DNA from: a virus
Strand: one strand, 5' to 3'
Virus record (IMG/VR): IMGVR_UViG_3300006735_000013
Span: 32,001 to 96,000 of that record
Length of the DNA: 64,000 nt
Shown here: one piece after another, positions 1 to 7,814 of the stretch
Layout: each line of letters starts with the position of its first letter
Numbering within the stretch: the first letter of the stretch is position 1
The notes under the pieces: model-generated
Told to the model about the DNA's origin: nothing
Database searches by the model: none
The model's input: the letters and a program-made list of their open reading frames with translations, nothing else
Made by a program: the position numbers and the translations under genes

Positions 1-71
1 ACTCCAACAAGGTGTTTGCGGTCCAGACCGGAGATCTCACCAATGACTGTTTGTCCGACCTGAAATTTCAT
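1..71 (-). CDS. partial small protein (MKFQVGQTV...), KOW/SH3-like N-terminus; runs off window edge
   Basis: ATG at 71 overlaps the stop of 68..403 (ATGA); read manually. Confidence 0.5.
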   Translation of the reverse strand, partial: MKFQVGQTVIGEISGLDRKHLVG

Positions 72-403
72 AACTCAATGCTCCTGTTTACATACATGTC
101 AAACTCGTATGGGGTACCTTTGGTTTCAACGTCATCAACCTCTTCGCCCAGGCGAATTAGACCATACTCCTCATACAGCTCGCTATTATCAAGAACTATC
201 ATTAGGTTCTCCATAATTTGGACGTCAGGATGGCTTTCGTACCATTTGACGTCAGCCCAAAACCAGCGGCCCGTATCGTCGCCTGAGTGGTCGTGCGCAT
301 AACTAATCAATTCTTTGAATTCTGAATTCCACTCACACACTTGTTCAATAATTTGTTTTACCATTGGTGAGCAGGCAAAGCCCACATCGCTACGATAACC
401 CAC
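68..403 (-). CDS. hypothetical phage protein (MGYRSDV family)
   Basis: 111-aa ORF, coupled to both neighbours. Confidence 0.7.
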   Translation of the reverse strand: MGYRSDVGFACSPMVKQIIEQVCEWNSEFKELISYAHDHSGDDTGRWFWADVKWYESHPDVQIMENLMIVLDNSELYEEYGLIRLGEEVDDVETKGTPYEFDMYVNRSIEL

Positions 404-582
404 TACTTACAACTCCTACACACATGACCACCAAACTCTGGCTTCTTTACATTGGGGAAATAGTCGTGACAATAGATACAGTCAACACCATAAATAGCTT
501 GTCCTGCATAGTGTCCACTGTCACGATCGAAGCGAAGCCGGTTGGACCTCGCGATAAATCTCATTCTTGCTTTACCAGCCAT
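403..582 (-). CDS. small CxxC..CxxC zinc-finger-like protein (59 aa, below ORF-track cut-off)
   Basis: MAGKARMRF...DCIYCHDY...HVCRSCK*; AAGG RBS; directly downstream of the promoter at 618-646. Confidence 0.6.
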   Translation of the reverse strand: MAGKARMRFIARSNRLRFDRDSGHYAGQAIYGVDCIYCHDYFPNVKKPEFGGHVCRSCK

Positions 583-617
583 AGAAAATAACCTTTCTTG
601 ATTGTTTCTACTCTTAT

Positions 618-646
618 AGTATAGCAGCTAAACTACTGAAAGTCAA
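618..646 (-). promoter_or_regulatory. sigma70-type early promoter
   Basis: TTGACT-17nt-TATACT on minus strand. Confidence 0.75.
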
Positions 647-840
647 GGACTTTTTATGATTTTTAGGTCATAATCCCAAACATTATTTCCAACGGTACCG
701 TTGCGCCACAAGACCTTGAATACCTTATTAGTGCAACCCAAGCCCCTGTTGTGTCCGACATTCTCAACAAGCACACCAATTCTTTCAGCACACTTGCGGC
801 GGCTTGGATGATTGTCTCTTACCAAATCACCGACTTTCAC
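643..840 (-). CDS. MKVGDLV-family small KOW/SH3-like protein (array A, last cassette)
   Basis: GTG start inside junction repeat; pattern GDLV..G-hydrophobic..V.W. Confidence 0.75.
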   Translation of the reverse strand: MKVGDLVRDNHPSRRKCAERIGVLVENVGHNRGLGCTNKVFKVLWRNGTVGNNVWDYDLKIIKSP

Positions 841-850
841 TGATAACCTC
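821..850 (-). repeat. dual-coding junction repeat copy (GAGGTTATCAGTGAAAGTCGGTGATTTGGT)
   Basis: identical over 30 nt to 1035-1064; core shared with the copies at 10214-11430. Confidence 0.9.
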
Positions 851-1054
851 CACTGTCATTTCACCCTGTTCTGGATCGAAAGAATCTTTGTGGTAGGACT
901 CGTGCGCCCCGTCGTTGTATAGTATACTCCAGTGTCCGTAGGCTAGTGGTCCATATTCTGTGCCGCCTGCTAGGGGGTCAAAGGGAAGCAGGACTCCGTA
1001 GTGGTCTCCTTCAAAACCATAGAAACTAACCTTCACCAAATCACCGACTTTCAC
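827..1054 (-). CDS. MKVGDLV-family cassette protein ending EVISESR
   Basis: true start is likely the GTG at 1054 within the repeat, after a GAGG RBS. Confidence 0.75.
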   Translation of the reverse strand: MKVGDLVKVSFYGFEGDHYGVLLPFDPLAGGTEYGPLAYGHWSILYNDGAHESYHKDSFDPEQGEMTVEVISESR

Positions 1055-1064
1055 TGATAACCTC
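1035..1064 (-). repeat. dual-coding junction repeat copy
   Basis: identical to 821-850. Confidence 0.9.
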
Positions 1065-1241
1065 ACAATAACTTGTTACGAACCAATCAGTTTTGCCGTG
1101 CTGGTCCAAAACCTTAAGTGTCCCTCCAGCTTCATTCACATATATTATTGTCCCGTATACTGGAGAATCTTCATCATGGCGGAACTGGGATCCATCGGGA
1201 TTTTTCGTGTAGCCATACTTTACCAAGTCACCCTTCTTCAT
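1041..1241 (-). CDS. MKKGDLV-family cassette protein ending EVISESR
   Basis: 66-aa ORF; 14-nt start/stop overlaps at both ends. Confidence 0.75.
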   Translation of the reverse strand: MKKGDLVKYGYTKNPDGSQFRHDEDSPVYGTIIYVNEAGGTLKVLDQHGKTDWFVTSYCEVISESR

Positions 1242-1425
1242 TTCTACACTCCTCCCAGCACCATTCTGTGCGATAATAATTGCATGTTTCTCCGCACTCG
1301 TTTTTTTGGCAGTCGCTCTCTAGTTGGTCTTCACACACCATCGCCTTTTGACAATTAGGGCTGTCCTCTATTGGGCAGCCAGTCAGCAAGAGTAAACTAA
1401 AAACTACAACAAAAATCAATCTCAT
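1228..1425 (-). CDS. small Cys-rich lipoprotein
   Basis: MRLIFVVVFSLLLLTG|C lipobox followed by several Cys. Confidence 0.65.
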   Translation of the reverse strand: MRLIFVVVFSLLLLTGCPIEDSPNCQKAMVCEDQLESDCQKNECGETCNYYRTEWCWEECRNEEG

Positions 1426-1426
1426 A

Positions 1427-1666
1427 TTATCTTCTCTTTCTGTAGGCAAACTTCAAATCTCTTCTTTCAAAGAGAGTGCTAAAGTATATCCAGTGGTCGG
1501 TTGGGTGCCCCTTGGTGTTTGCGCGGCTTTTCATCCACGCGACCTTATATTTATGAGGTAGACTTCCAAAGCTTTTGACAATTCCAATATCGCCGGCCTC
1601 AACCCACTTGCACCTTTTCAGTTTTTTTCCTGATGCAGAAAGCATAACCAGATCACCAACCTTCAT
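1427..1666 (-). CDS. MKVGDLV-family protein (paralog of 10027..10233)
   Basis: MKVGDLVMLSASGKK...RRDLKFAY versus MKVGDLVKLSAYGKK...RKEIKYAY. Confidence 0.7.
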   Translation of the reverse strand: MKVGDLVMLSASGKKLKRCKWVEAGDIGIVKSFGSLPHKYKVAWMKSRANTKGHPTDHWIYFSTLFERRDLKFAYRKRR

Positions 1667-1863
1667 CGGCCTACGCTCCTCGCTGTCTGCACCGTGCCAA
1701 TATACTGGTATGCACCCTTGTTGTAAGCAGGCGCAGAGCATCTTGCTTTGCGTGCAACCTCAATGTCTGCAATCTTGCCTCCGCAATCTAAGCAGGTTCG
1801 ATAGCCAAGCTCTGCTCTCTTTGGGCTGTAATCTTCGCTGCATTCAATACAGGTGGGACTCAT
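1663..1863 (-). CDS. zinc-finger-like protein (CxxC..CxxC, AYNKGAYQY motif)
   Basis: CIEC / CLDC pairs. Confidence 0.7.
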   Translation of the reverse strand: MSPTCIECSEDYSPKRAELGYRTCLDCGGKIADIEVARKARCSAPAYNKGAYQYIGTVQTARSVGR

Positions 1864-2045
1864 TAGTGTATCTCCGCATTTGCCGTTGGTGTTAGTAGTA
1901 GTTTAACATCATTTAGAACTTCTGTCAAGACTTCTGCCTTATCATGGTTGTCACAGTTTACAGCGAACTTGTGATTGAGAAGTACAATGATTGCGTTTAT
2001 GTTTAGCACTTCTGCGATAGTTTCATCAATATTGACTTGCTTCAT
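1863..2045 (-). CDS. hypothetical protein
   Basis: coupled ORF. Confidence 0.55.
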   Translation of the reverse strand: MKQVNIDETIAEVLNINAIIVLLNHKFAVNCDNHDKAEVLTEVLNDVKLLLTPTANAEIH

Positions 2046-2248
2046 AGTGTATTATCCACTCTGTATGTGTCGAAAAGACTGTATGCCTCGAACTCTTCAT
2101 CCTCGATGACAAACATGGCGCGCCGAATAAGATGTGCTGCTAATTCAGACAGGCCCTTCTTCGTTCTCATGTATTCGTAGTATTCATCTGTTGTGAGGTC
2201 GCTCTCAAGAGAGAAGCCGATTGAGAAGGCGTGATTATATTTGGGCAT
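2042..2248 (-). CDS. hypothetical protein
   Basis: GAGG RBS, downstream of the promoter at 2278-2306. Confidence 0.65.
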   Translation of the reverse strand: MPKYNHAFSIGFSLESDLTTDEYYEYMRTKKGLSELAAHLIRRAMFVIEDEEFEAYSLFDTYRVDNTL

Positions 2249-2277
2249 CTAGATGTTCCTCGATTGTCTATATTATA

Positions 2278-2306
2278 ATAATATCAAACATTTAGAGGAT
2301 TGTCAA
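2278..2306 (-). promoter_or_regulatory. sigma70-type early promoter
   Basis: TTGACA-17nt-TATTAT. Confidence 0.7.
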
Positions 2307-2307
2307 G

Positions 2308-2345
2308 AAAAAACTGGCACGTCTGAAGCTTTTTTCAGACGTGCC
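2308..2345 (-). terminator. rho-independent terminator after hsp20
   Basis: GGCACGTCTGAA/TTCAGACGTGCC stem followed by a T-run on the minus strand. Confidence 0.75.
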
Positions 2346-2351
2346 TTTGGC

Positions 2352-2777
2352 CTAGTCAATACTGATTGAGAGTGGCTGGACTTCTGGGCGTTGGGGGACG
2401 CGTACGGCAAGAAGGCCGTCTTCAAACGAGGCCTTGGCATTTGATAGGTCGAGGTTGTCATCATAATTCACATAGGTCTTGCTGAAGTTTCTTCTGGCGA
2501 TACGAGATCGTTTTGTGTTTTCCTCATTGGCAGTACCCGTGATTGTGATCGTTCTCTTGGCTGTTTGAACATCTATATTCAGCTCGCCTCGCTTGAAACC
2601 CGCAAGGGCAAATTCAAGCACCGTGGAACCATCGTCGTCTCGATAGATGTCGGCGACGGGATAGCCCTGTGTCGATGCTTTTAAGTGATTCGGAAAATCA
2701 CTGAAAAAGTTATCGAAAACTTCGTTTATTACTTTGTGACCCAATAGTCCGGGTCGATGGATTGCAATTGCGTTCAT
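2352..2777 (-). CDS. hsp20: small heat shock protein (Hsp20/alpha-crystallin)
   Basis: YP.ADI...LEFALAGF...ASFEDGLLAV motifs; GGAGG RBS. Confidence 0.9.
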   Translation of the reverse strand: MNAIAIHRPGLLGHKVINEVFDNFFSDFPNHLKASTQGYPVADIYRDDDGSTVLEFALAGFKRGELNIDVQTAKRTITITGTANEENTKRSRIARRNFSKTYVNYDDNLDLSNAKASFEDGLLAVRVPQRPEVQPLSISID

Positions 2778-2811
2778 TGTTATTTCCTCCTATTATAGCA
2801 AGTTGCGTTTA

Positions 2812-2838
2812 GTGGTAAGTCCCGAAGCGACTTACCAC
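2812..2838 (-). promoter_or_regulatory. 5'-UTR hairpin of hsp20
   Basis: perfect 10-bp stem GTGGTAAGTC/GACTTACCAC with a cUUCGg-containing loop. Confidence 0.5.
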
Positions 2839-2877
2839 ATAGATATAATAAACACGCCTTGATACGTGTCAAGTATA

Positions 2878-3129
2878 TTAATCAATAATGTCTGCAAAAA
2901 CACGAGATCTCCCCACATGCACACTTGTGGTCTGTGAGCTGTAACCCCACTTGCCTCTGGCTGTATGGTCGCGGAGAACTTTCATACCCGTTTTTTGACA
3001 AGTGTCACCAATCATTAGCTTGTAAGAGTACAGCTTCTGTCCATCTGTCCAGAATGTGCCCGCGTGGTTGCTGACCGGATTTCCGGCACTCCAAAAATCA
3101 GGTACTAGACTGTTCACTACTTTTTCCAT
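2878..3129 (-). CDS. hypothetical phage protein
   Basis: MEKVVNS start; YSQTTSxH-like C-terminal motif. Confidence 0.6.
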   Translation of the reverse strand: MEKVVNSLVPDFWSAGNPVSNHAGTFWTDGQKLYSYKLMIGDTCQKTGMKVLRDHTARGKWGYSSQTTSVHVGRSRVFADIID

Positions 3130-3373
3130 TACTTTGTTCCTTTCACGAACAAGGGTGCAGCATAGACAGCTGCGATAAGTGCCGCTCCTGCGGCAATACA
3201 AACAATGTCAAGAACTCTTTTTCTTAGCATCTTTTAGTCTCTTGATTTCTTCTAACACCTTTATTCTATCATCACTTGGTAAAGATGTCAAGATTTTTGT
3301 TGTCTCCGGTTTCGGAAATTCCACAAGGTGACGAGCGATGCGGCGGATGTGCGCCATTGATTTAATTTCCATG

Positions 3374-3538
3374 TTATACTCCCATGTCTCTAATCGAGAC
3401 TATTCTATATTCAAAGCCAAGTTTACTCTTTTCGAGGTAGGCGGATTGGGCGGCCTCCTCGAATGTTAGCTTGTCAACAGTCAAAGTAAATGTTTTTGCA
3501 AGTGACTCAGCTCGGAAAACAATTTTATATGTGCTCAT
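3374..3538 (-). CDS. hypothetical protein
   Basis: MSTYKIV start. Confidence 0.55.
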   Translation of the reverse strand: MSTYKIVFRAESLAKTFTLTVDKLTFEEAAQSAYLEKSKLGFEYRIVSIRDMGV

Positions 3539-3542
3539 GTTC

Positions 3543-3806
3543 TCAACCATTGTTGTAGTGGCCGGGGTAGGTCGGACTAGATGTTGGGGTACAGTCTGCA
3601 ACATCCACCTTTGAAGGGAACCTCTTGGTGTTATCCATCAGTCTAAGATTAGCATATACCTTTTTATTTTTCACATCCAGGTCCAGGCCGACGACTCGGG
3701 CTTGGTATGAAACTTCATGCAGCCTCACTCTCACTCTGTCGCCGGCTCGGATGTTATTTGGGTTCCATTGCTCAAAAAGCTTTTCAATATCTCTGTTGGA
3801 AGTCAT
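3543..3806 (-). CDS. hypothetical protein with KOW/SH3-like core (IRAGDRVRV)
   Basis: start MTSNRD lies downstream of the promoter at 3838-3866; the longer ORF call overlaps tRNAs. Confidence 0.6.
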   Translation of the reverse strand: MTSNRDIEKLFEQWNPNNIRAGDRVRVRLHEVSYQARVVGLDLDVKNKKVYANLRLMDNTKRFPSKVDVADCTPTSSPTYPGHYNNG

Positions 3807-3837
3807 TATCTCTCTCTTTCTTGATTGTGATATATAT

Positions 3838-3866
3838 ATCTTATCACAAGCATAGACAAATGTCAA
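3838..3866 (-). promoter_or_regulatory. sigma70-type early promoter
   Basis: TTGACA-17nt-TAAGAT. Confidence 0.65.
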
Positions 3867-3876
3867 ATAAAAAATA

Positions 3877-3950
3877 TCGGGGTGGGAGGATTTGAACCCC
3901 CGACCCTTTGGTCCCAAACCAAATGCGCTACCAGGCTGCGCTACACCCCG
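3877..3950 (-). tRNA. tRNA-Pro(TGG)
   Basis: cloverleaf CGGGGTG acceptor, TTTGG-TTTGGGA-CCAAA anticodon arm, GTTCAAATC T-loop; no encoded CCA. Confidence 0.93.
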
Positions 3951-3956
3951 AAATTG

Positions 3957-4029
3957 AGCGAGAAATGGGACTCGAACCCACAACCTCGACGTTGGCAACG
4001 TCGCGCTCTACCAGTTGAGCTATTCTCGC
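3957..4029 (-). tRNA. tRNA-Gly(GCC)
   Basis: CGACG-TTGCCAA-CGTCG anticodon arm, GTTCGAGTC T-loop. Confidence 0.93.
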
Positions 4030-4033
4030 ATAG

Positions 4034-4105
4034 TGGGTCGCCCGAGACTCGAACTCGGAACCAGCGGATTAAAAGTCCGATGCGCTACCATTGCGCCAGC
4101 GACCC
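4034..4105 (-). tRNA. tRNA-Lys(TTT)
   Basis: CGGA-CTTTTAA-TCCG anticodon arm, GGGTCGC acceptor. Confidence 0.92.
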
Positions 4106-4255
4106 AGGTGCCCTATGGTGCTGAAATCCTTGAGAATTTTATTCTTTCGCCATATTCTTGCTCTAAGTTTTTCTTCTTTTTGGCGCAGATCTTCTTCAGT
4201 GCATAGATATGCTGTTGCGGGCCTTTGTCAATCCTGTAGGATAATTTGTATATTG

Positions 4256-4456
4256 TCACGCTTTACTCACTATTTCTAAACTATCTGAGGTGGTCCAAAA
4301 TGTGCCATAATCACCCGGCCATTGGACTCTAACAGATGGGGTCTCGAACGTTCCGTCTACTCGTTGCCAAGTGTTTGCGTACACCACGACACCAACCAGA
4401 CCTTCGGTTACAATACCTGGTTTATACTTCTTCTTCACCAAATCACCTATTTTCAT
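4256..4456 (-). CDS. MKIGDLV-family small protein (solo copy)
   Basis: 14-nt overlap with the upstream stop; ends LEIVSKA. Confidence 0.7.
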   Translation of the reverse strand: MKIGDLVKKKYKPGIVTEGLVGVVVYANTWQRVDGTFETPSVRVQWPGDYGTFWTTSDSLEIVSKA

Positions 4457-4868
4457 GCTCGGCTATCCTTTTTCTCAATTCTGAGGAAGACCATTTATGA
4501 TTCCTACTATTAAAGTATAACTCAATTTCTAGATCATGTCCAGTAAATTCTTTTCCCTCATGGTCTGCGCCGAGAATTCTGATGTCAGGCTTGAGGTCGG
4601 ATAGTAGCTTGTAAAGCTCCTCCTCAGTCTCATAAACCATGACTTCATCAACGTACTTCACTGCACTAATTTGAATCATTCGCTCGCGGATGGACTGGAT
4701 GGGCCTATTCTTATAGTCTCTGTCCATTGAGGGGTCAGTCTGTAATCCAACAATTAAGTAATCACACACAGACTTAGCCTCCTTAAGCATTAGTATATGG
4801 CCTGCGTGAAGCAGATCAAATGAACCACAAGTAAAGCCGCGGCTCATGGCAATGCGCGCTTCTGTCAT
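4443..4868 (-). CDS. cytidylyltransferase (TagD/glycerol-3-phosphate CTase-like)
   Basis: GSFDLLHAGH (HxGH) motif, YLIVGL, SSS.LR C-terminal motif. Confidence 0.88.
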   Translation of the reverse strand: MTEARIAMSRGFTCGSFDLLHAGHILMLKEAKSVCDYLIVGLQTDPSMDRDYKNRPIQSIRERMIQISAVKYVDEVMVYETEEELYKLLSDLKPDIRILGADHEGKEFTGHDLEIELYFNSRNHKWSSSELRKRIAEHENR

Positions 4869-4872
4869 TTTG

Positions 4873-5130
4873 TCACCGGTATTTGTTGAGACCGTATTGT
4901 GTTGGTCTAATATCTTTGTCGTTGAAGCGATAGATGCACTGCTCGTTGTGCAGCTCTTTTATCGCATTTCTAAAAACTGGGTCGGTCAACATGAACCCCA
5001 ATTCATCACAATAACTGCTAACGTGCCCAAACAAAGTGTCACCATCTGTAGGTCTTCCTGGTTCATAAGGCACGGATTCCATGATTAATCTCTTTACTCT
5101 TAGAATCATAAATTCTTCTTTCTCCAGCAA
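4873..5130 (-). CDS. hypothetical protein, possibly winged helix
   Basis: ORF; IRPTQYG wing-like end. Confidence 0.5.
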   Translation of the reverse strand: MLEKEEFMILRVKRLIMESVPYEPGRPTDGDTLFGHVSSYCDELGFMLTDPVFRNAIKELHNEQCIYRFNDKDIRPTQYGLNKYR

Positions 5131-5194
5131 TCATATGCAACCGATCCTACAAAAATGGCTATTGATAATGACGCTACATTTACAATAAAATCTA

Positions 5195-5380
5195 TCACTG
5201 CTGTCTCCTATCTCTACCGTAGAGTTCATCTATCTTTCTTTTCTGTTTTGCCTCTCTGATTGATTCTCTCAGAGCGTCTTCAATTCTTATCTGTATGACG
5301 GCTGCTCGGATCCGGTTTCTCATATAGAGACTTGCCGATACAATCAACACGATATACAAAATTGCCTCAAAGCTAATCAT
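5195..5380 (-). CDS. small membrane-anchored protein
   Basis: N-terminal hydrophobic helix, GGAG RBS. Confidence 0.55.
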   Translation of the reverse strand: MISFEAILYIVLIVSASLYMRNRIRAAVIQIRIEDALRESIREAKQKRKIDELYGRDRRQQ

Positions 5381-5541
5381 CGTCCAGCTCCTTACACGCC
5401 CTTTTCCACGCCTTGTATCCTAGTCTATATTTTTCGGTAATGAGGAACCCATTGATCGTCGATACAACGATTGGAGATATAAAACAATACAATAAAAATA
5501 ATGTAAACCAATCCATACTTTTCTCTCTAAGTTATAATACT

Positions 5542-5570
5542 ATATTACGCTAATTTGATCTCAATGTCAA
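5542..5570 (-). promoter_or_regulatory. sigma70-type promoter
   Basis: TTGACA-17nt-TAATAT, overlapping the 3' end of 5545..5769. Confidence 0.65.
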
Positions 5571-5769
5571 GGTTTTTTATGTTTTTTTTTGAAGAGATGG
5601 TGCGCCAGCGTTTCTGTGGCCACCATCGTGAATTGCCACTATTATCCAAAATGAGGACATCCCCAAGATTTTCATTGATCTCCAGCACTAGACCCCAAGC
5701 CATTAGTGACTGCCATTCGCTTGTATTTGATATATAACAGGCTACCAAATCGCCTCTTTTGATTTCCAT
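5545..5769 (-). CDS. KOW/SH3-like small protein (IKRGDLV)
   Basis: GDLV motif and G-L-V-L-E strand pattern. Confidence 0.6.
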   Translation of the reverse strand: MEIKRGDLVACYISNTSEWQSLMAWGLVLEINENLGDVLILDNSGNSRWWPQKRWRTISSKKNIKNLDIEIKLA

Positions 5770-5779
5770 AGTGTAATAA

Positions 5780-6205
5780 CTATGTTTTATCTAGCCATTT
5801 TTCCCTCGTACCCATTAAATGATCCATAAGGGGGCAAACAACGCACCAATTAGTATTCTGGTTGCGGCCCATATGGTGTTCGTAGTGCCATGGCATCCAC
5901 TTCTTAAAGAATTCAACATGCTGATGCGTCTTTCTGTGTAACACCATATAGCACATAGCGTATACTATTGTTGTGGAGGCAAAGGGAAGGCAAACATATA
6001 GCAGCGGTAAATGCATTGCAATTCCCAACAAGGTGAGCCAAGTTTCGTTATGAAAAAGTTTTTGGCAATAATCCTTATCGTAATTGGCACCCCTACGAGC
6101 TACTGCGTGATGCTTCCAGTGAAATCGGAATTTAGATCTACCTTTCGGCTTATGCAATAGGATATGGACGCCCCAATCTAGGAAGTTTGCGTAAAGAAAA
6201 CCCAA
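5780..6205 (-). CDS. fatty-acid hydroxylase / sterol desaturase family membrane protein
   Basis: His boxes HILLH, HWKHH, HRKTH, HYEHH, plus NW..V.P.MD..MGT tail; start may lie slightly upstream. Confidence 0.8.
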   Translation of the reverse strand: MGFLYANFLDWGVHILLHKPKGRSKFRFHWKHHAVARRGANYDKDYCQKLFHNETWLTLLGIAMHLPLLYVCLPFASTTIVYAMCYMVLHRKTHQHVEFFKKWMPWHYEHHMGRNQNTNWCVVCPLMDHLMGTREKWLDKT

Positions 6206-6385
6206 TAAAATTCCTATTGTTACCCCAAGTCAAGACCCTCAATATGTGGAAATAGGTGCGAAAAAGATTATACACCTATATTAATTACTCCTTCGTTGAG
6301 TAAATGACTAGAAAAAACATGAATGCCAAACTGAGGCCTGCCATACCTTTCCATAGAATAATCCACATCAAATCAGACATAAGGA

Positions 6386-6542
6386 ATCCACCAGGGAGGC
6401 TGTCCTTGTCGCCTTCCCCTCACCAGCCTACTTCTAACTTTGTTTTCTTTCATCCTCTGGCAACGCTCCGGTGTGCTGCTAAGGTCCAGTTGAGCGCGGT
6501 TGTAGACATTCGCGCTGGATCTATGTTTATATCCTGGTGGAT
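6386..6542 (-). ncRNA. candidate structured RNA (multi-stem)
   Basis: 10-bp terminal inverted repeat enclosing three internal hairpins; no family recognised. Confidence 0.35.
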
Positions 6543-6607
6543 CCGCCCGATGAATGTATATAGCAGGTGATAACCCTACGCCTACATCGTTGACCATCGG
6601 ACACATA

Positions 6608-7804
6608 TCAGTCAACTACTACAACTCTTTCTTTAGTCTCAAAATAGGGCCGCGAAGCATGTGCCTCCGTGGTCATCCACATACGCTGACATTTACTGGG
6701 TCGTGGCTTTGGTGCCATCATATCCGTAACAATAATATGACCGTCAAATGACTTGTTGTTCACGTACTCTGTTGGTGCGTCAAAACATGTTCCGCCTTTC
6801 ATAACTCGTTGGACTTGGACTTTCTTGCCCTTCTTCCAATCCCAAACCAAACTCTCGTCAACACGAGTATCGAAAGGAATAACCGTAAACTCTGCGATTT
6901 CTGCAAGTTTGTTAAGCTCTGCAAAAAACTTGGCTAACATATCATCGGTCACCGATCCAGACTGGTCAATGCTGATTGCTACCTTAGCCACACGGTTGGC
7001 CTTGCGGCCTGGGTGAACGTATGCGTACCTACGATTGATTCGCTTGATCGAACTGGACCTGTTCGCCTTCTGGCTAGCCTTTACAAAGTACCTGAGAACC
7101 TTCTTCCAGTCAACCTTAGTCTCCAAGACTTTCATAATCTTTTCGCGACAATCTCGTGAAACGGTACCCCAACTATTGTTCTTGGCGCAGTCCTCTCCGG
7201 CCTTGCGGATGATGTCCTTCAGGCGTTCTTTGGCCATGTCTTTAACCTCTTGGTTACATTTGCCCCAACCACTGTGATCATCAAGAGTTTCAATATCTGC
7301 TTCATCAAACTCAGAAGGACTGTCGGCTGGCGCGCCTCCTTCGCCCTCTTCATAGACGTCTTGCTCCTCCTTGGTAGTTTTCTTCTTAGGGAGATTAGCC
7401 AGATACCATTCAGCACTCATCCCTCTTGGTAGATCCTTGAACGGACCCACGCCAGGAATCAGACCACCTTCTGGTAGGTTCTCCAAGTGAGAGTTGATAG
7501 CAAGATCTGCGGCAATGTTCCAGCGCTTTATGTTTTCGCCTTCAGGCATTCTATCCGTCACATGCAAAAATGTGATGTGATAAAATTCATGTTTAAGCAC
7601 ATCACGGCGCTCTGCATCTGTAAGTCCTTCAAAGAAGTCTGGATTGTATAACATCTCGAATTGAGCGGTGCTTGGATTGACCAGGACACCCGCCGTTGGA
7701 ATGCTGTAAGTCGCCCTCTTGTCGATGCGTCTGGATACGGCGGCAAAGAATGGCTCGTCCATGAGAAGGCGCGCGGTGTGAATGTTGAGGTCGAAATTAG
7801 ACAT
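6608..7804 (-). CDS. metallopeptidase-like + VWA domain protein (DUF2201-type)
   Basis: HEFYH (HExxH), NIAADLAIN, MIDAS DQSGS, GGT.F. Confidence 0.85.
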   Translation of the reverse strand: MSNFDLNIHTARLLMDEPFFAAVSRRIDKRATYSIPTAGVLVNPSTAQFEMLYNPDFFEGLTDAERRDVLKHEFYHITFLHVTDRMPEGENIKRWNIAADLAINSHLENLPEGGLIPGVGPFKDLPRGMSAEWYLANLPKKKTTKEEQDVYEEGEGGAPADSPSEFDEADIETLDDHSGWGKCNQEVKDMAKERLKDIIRKAGEDCAKNNSWGTVSRDCREKIMKVLETKVDWKKVLRYFVKASQKANRSSSIKRINRRYAYVHPGRKANRVAKVAISIDQSGSVTDDMLAKFFAELNKLAEIAEFTVIPFDTRVDESLVWDWKKGKKVQVQRVMKGGTCFDAPTEYVNNKSFDGHIIVTDMMAPKPRPSKCQRMWMTTEAHASRPYFETKERVVVVD

Positions 7805-7814
7805 CTTAGTTCTC

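Noticed and set aside
2812-2838. CIRCE/HrcA operator upstream of hsp20
   Set aside because: The inverted repeat does not match TTAGCACTC-N9-GAGTGCTAA.
3807-4206. ORFs 3543..3998 (N-terminal extension), 3882..4124 and 4015..4206
   Set aside because: They overlap three well-formed tRNA genes and are typical tRNA shadow ORFs.
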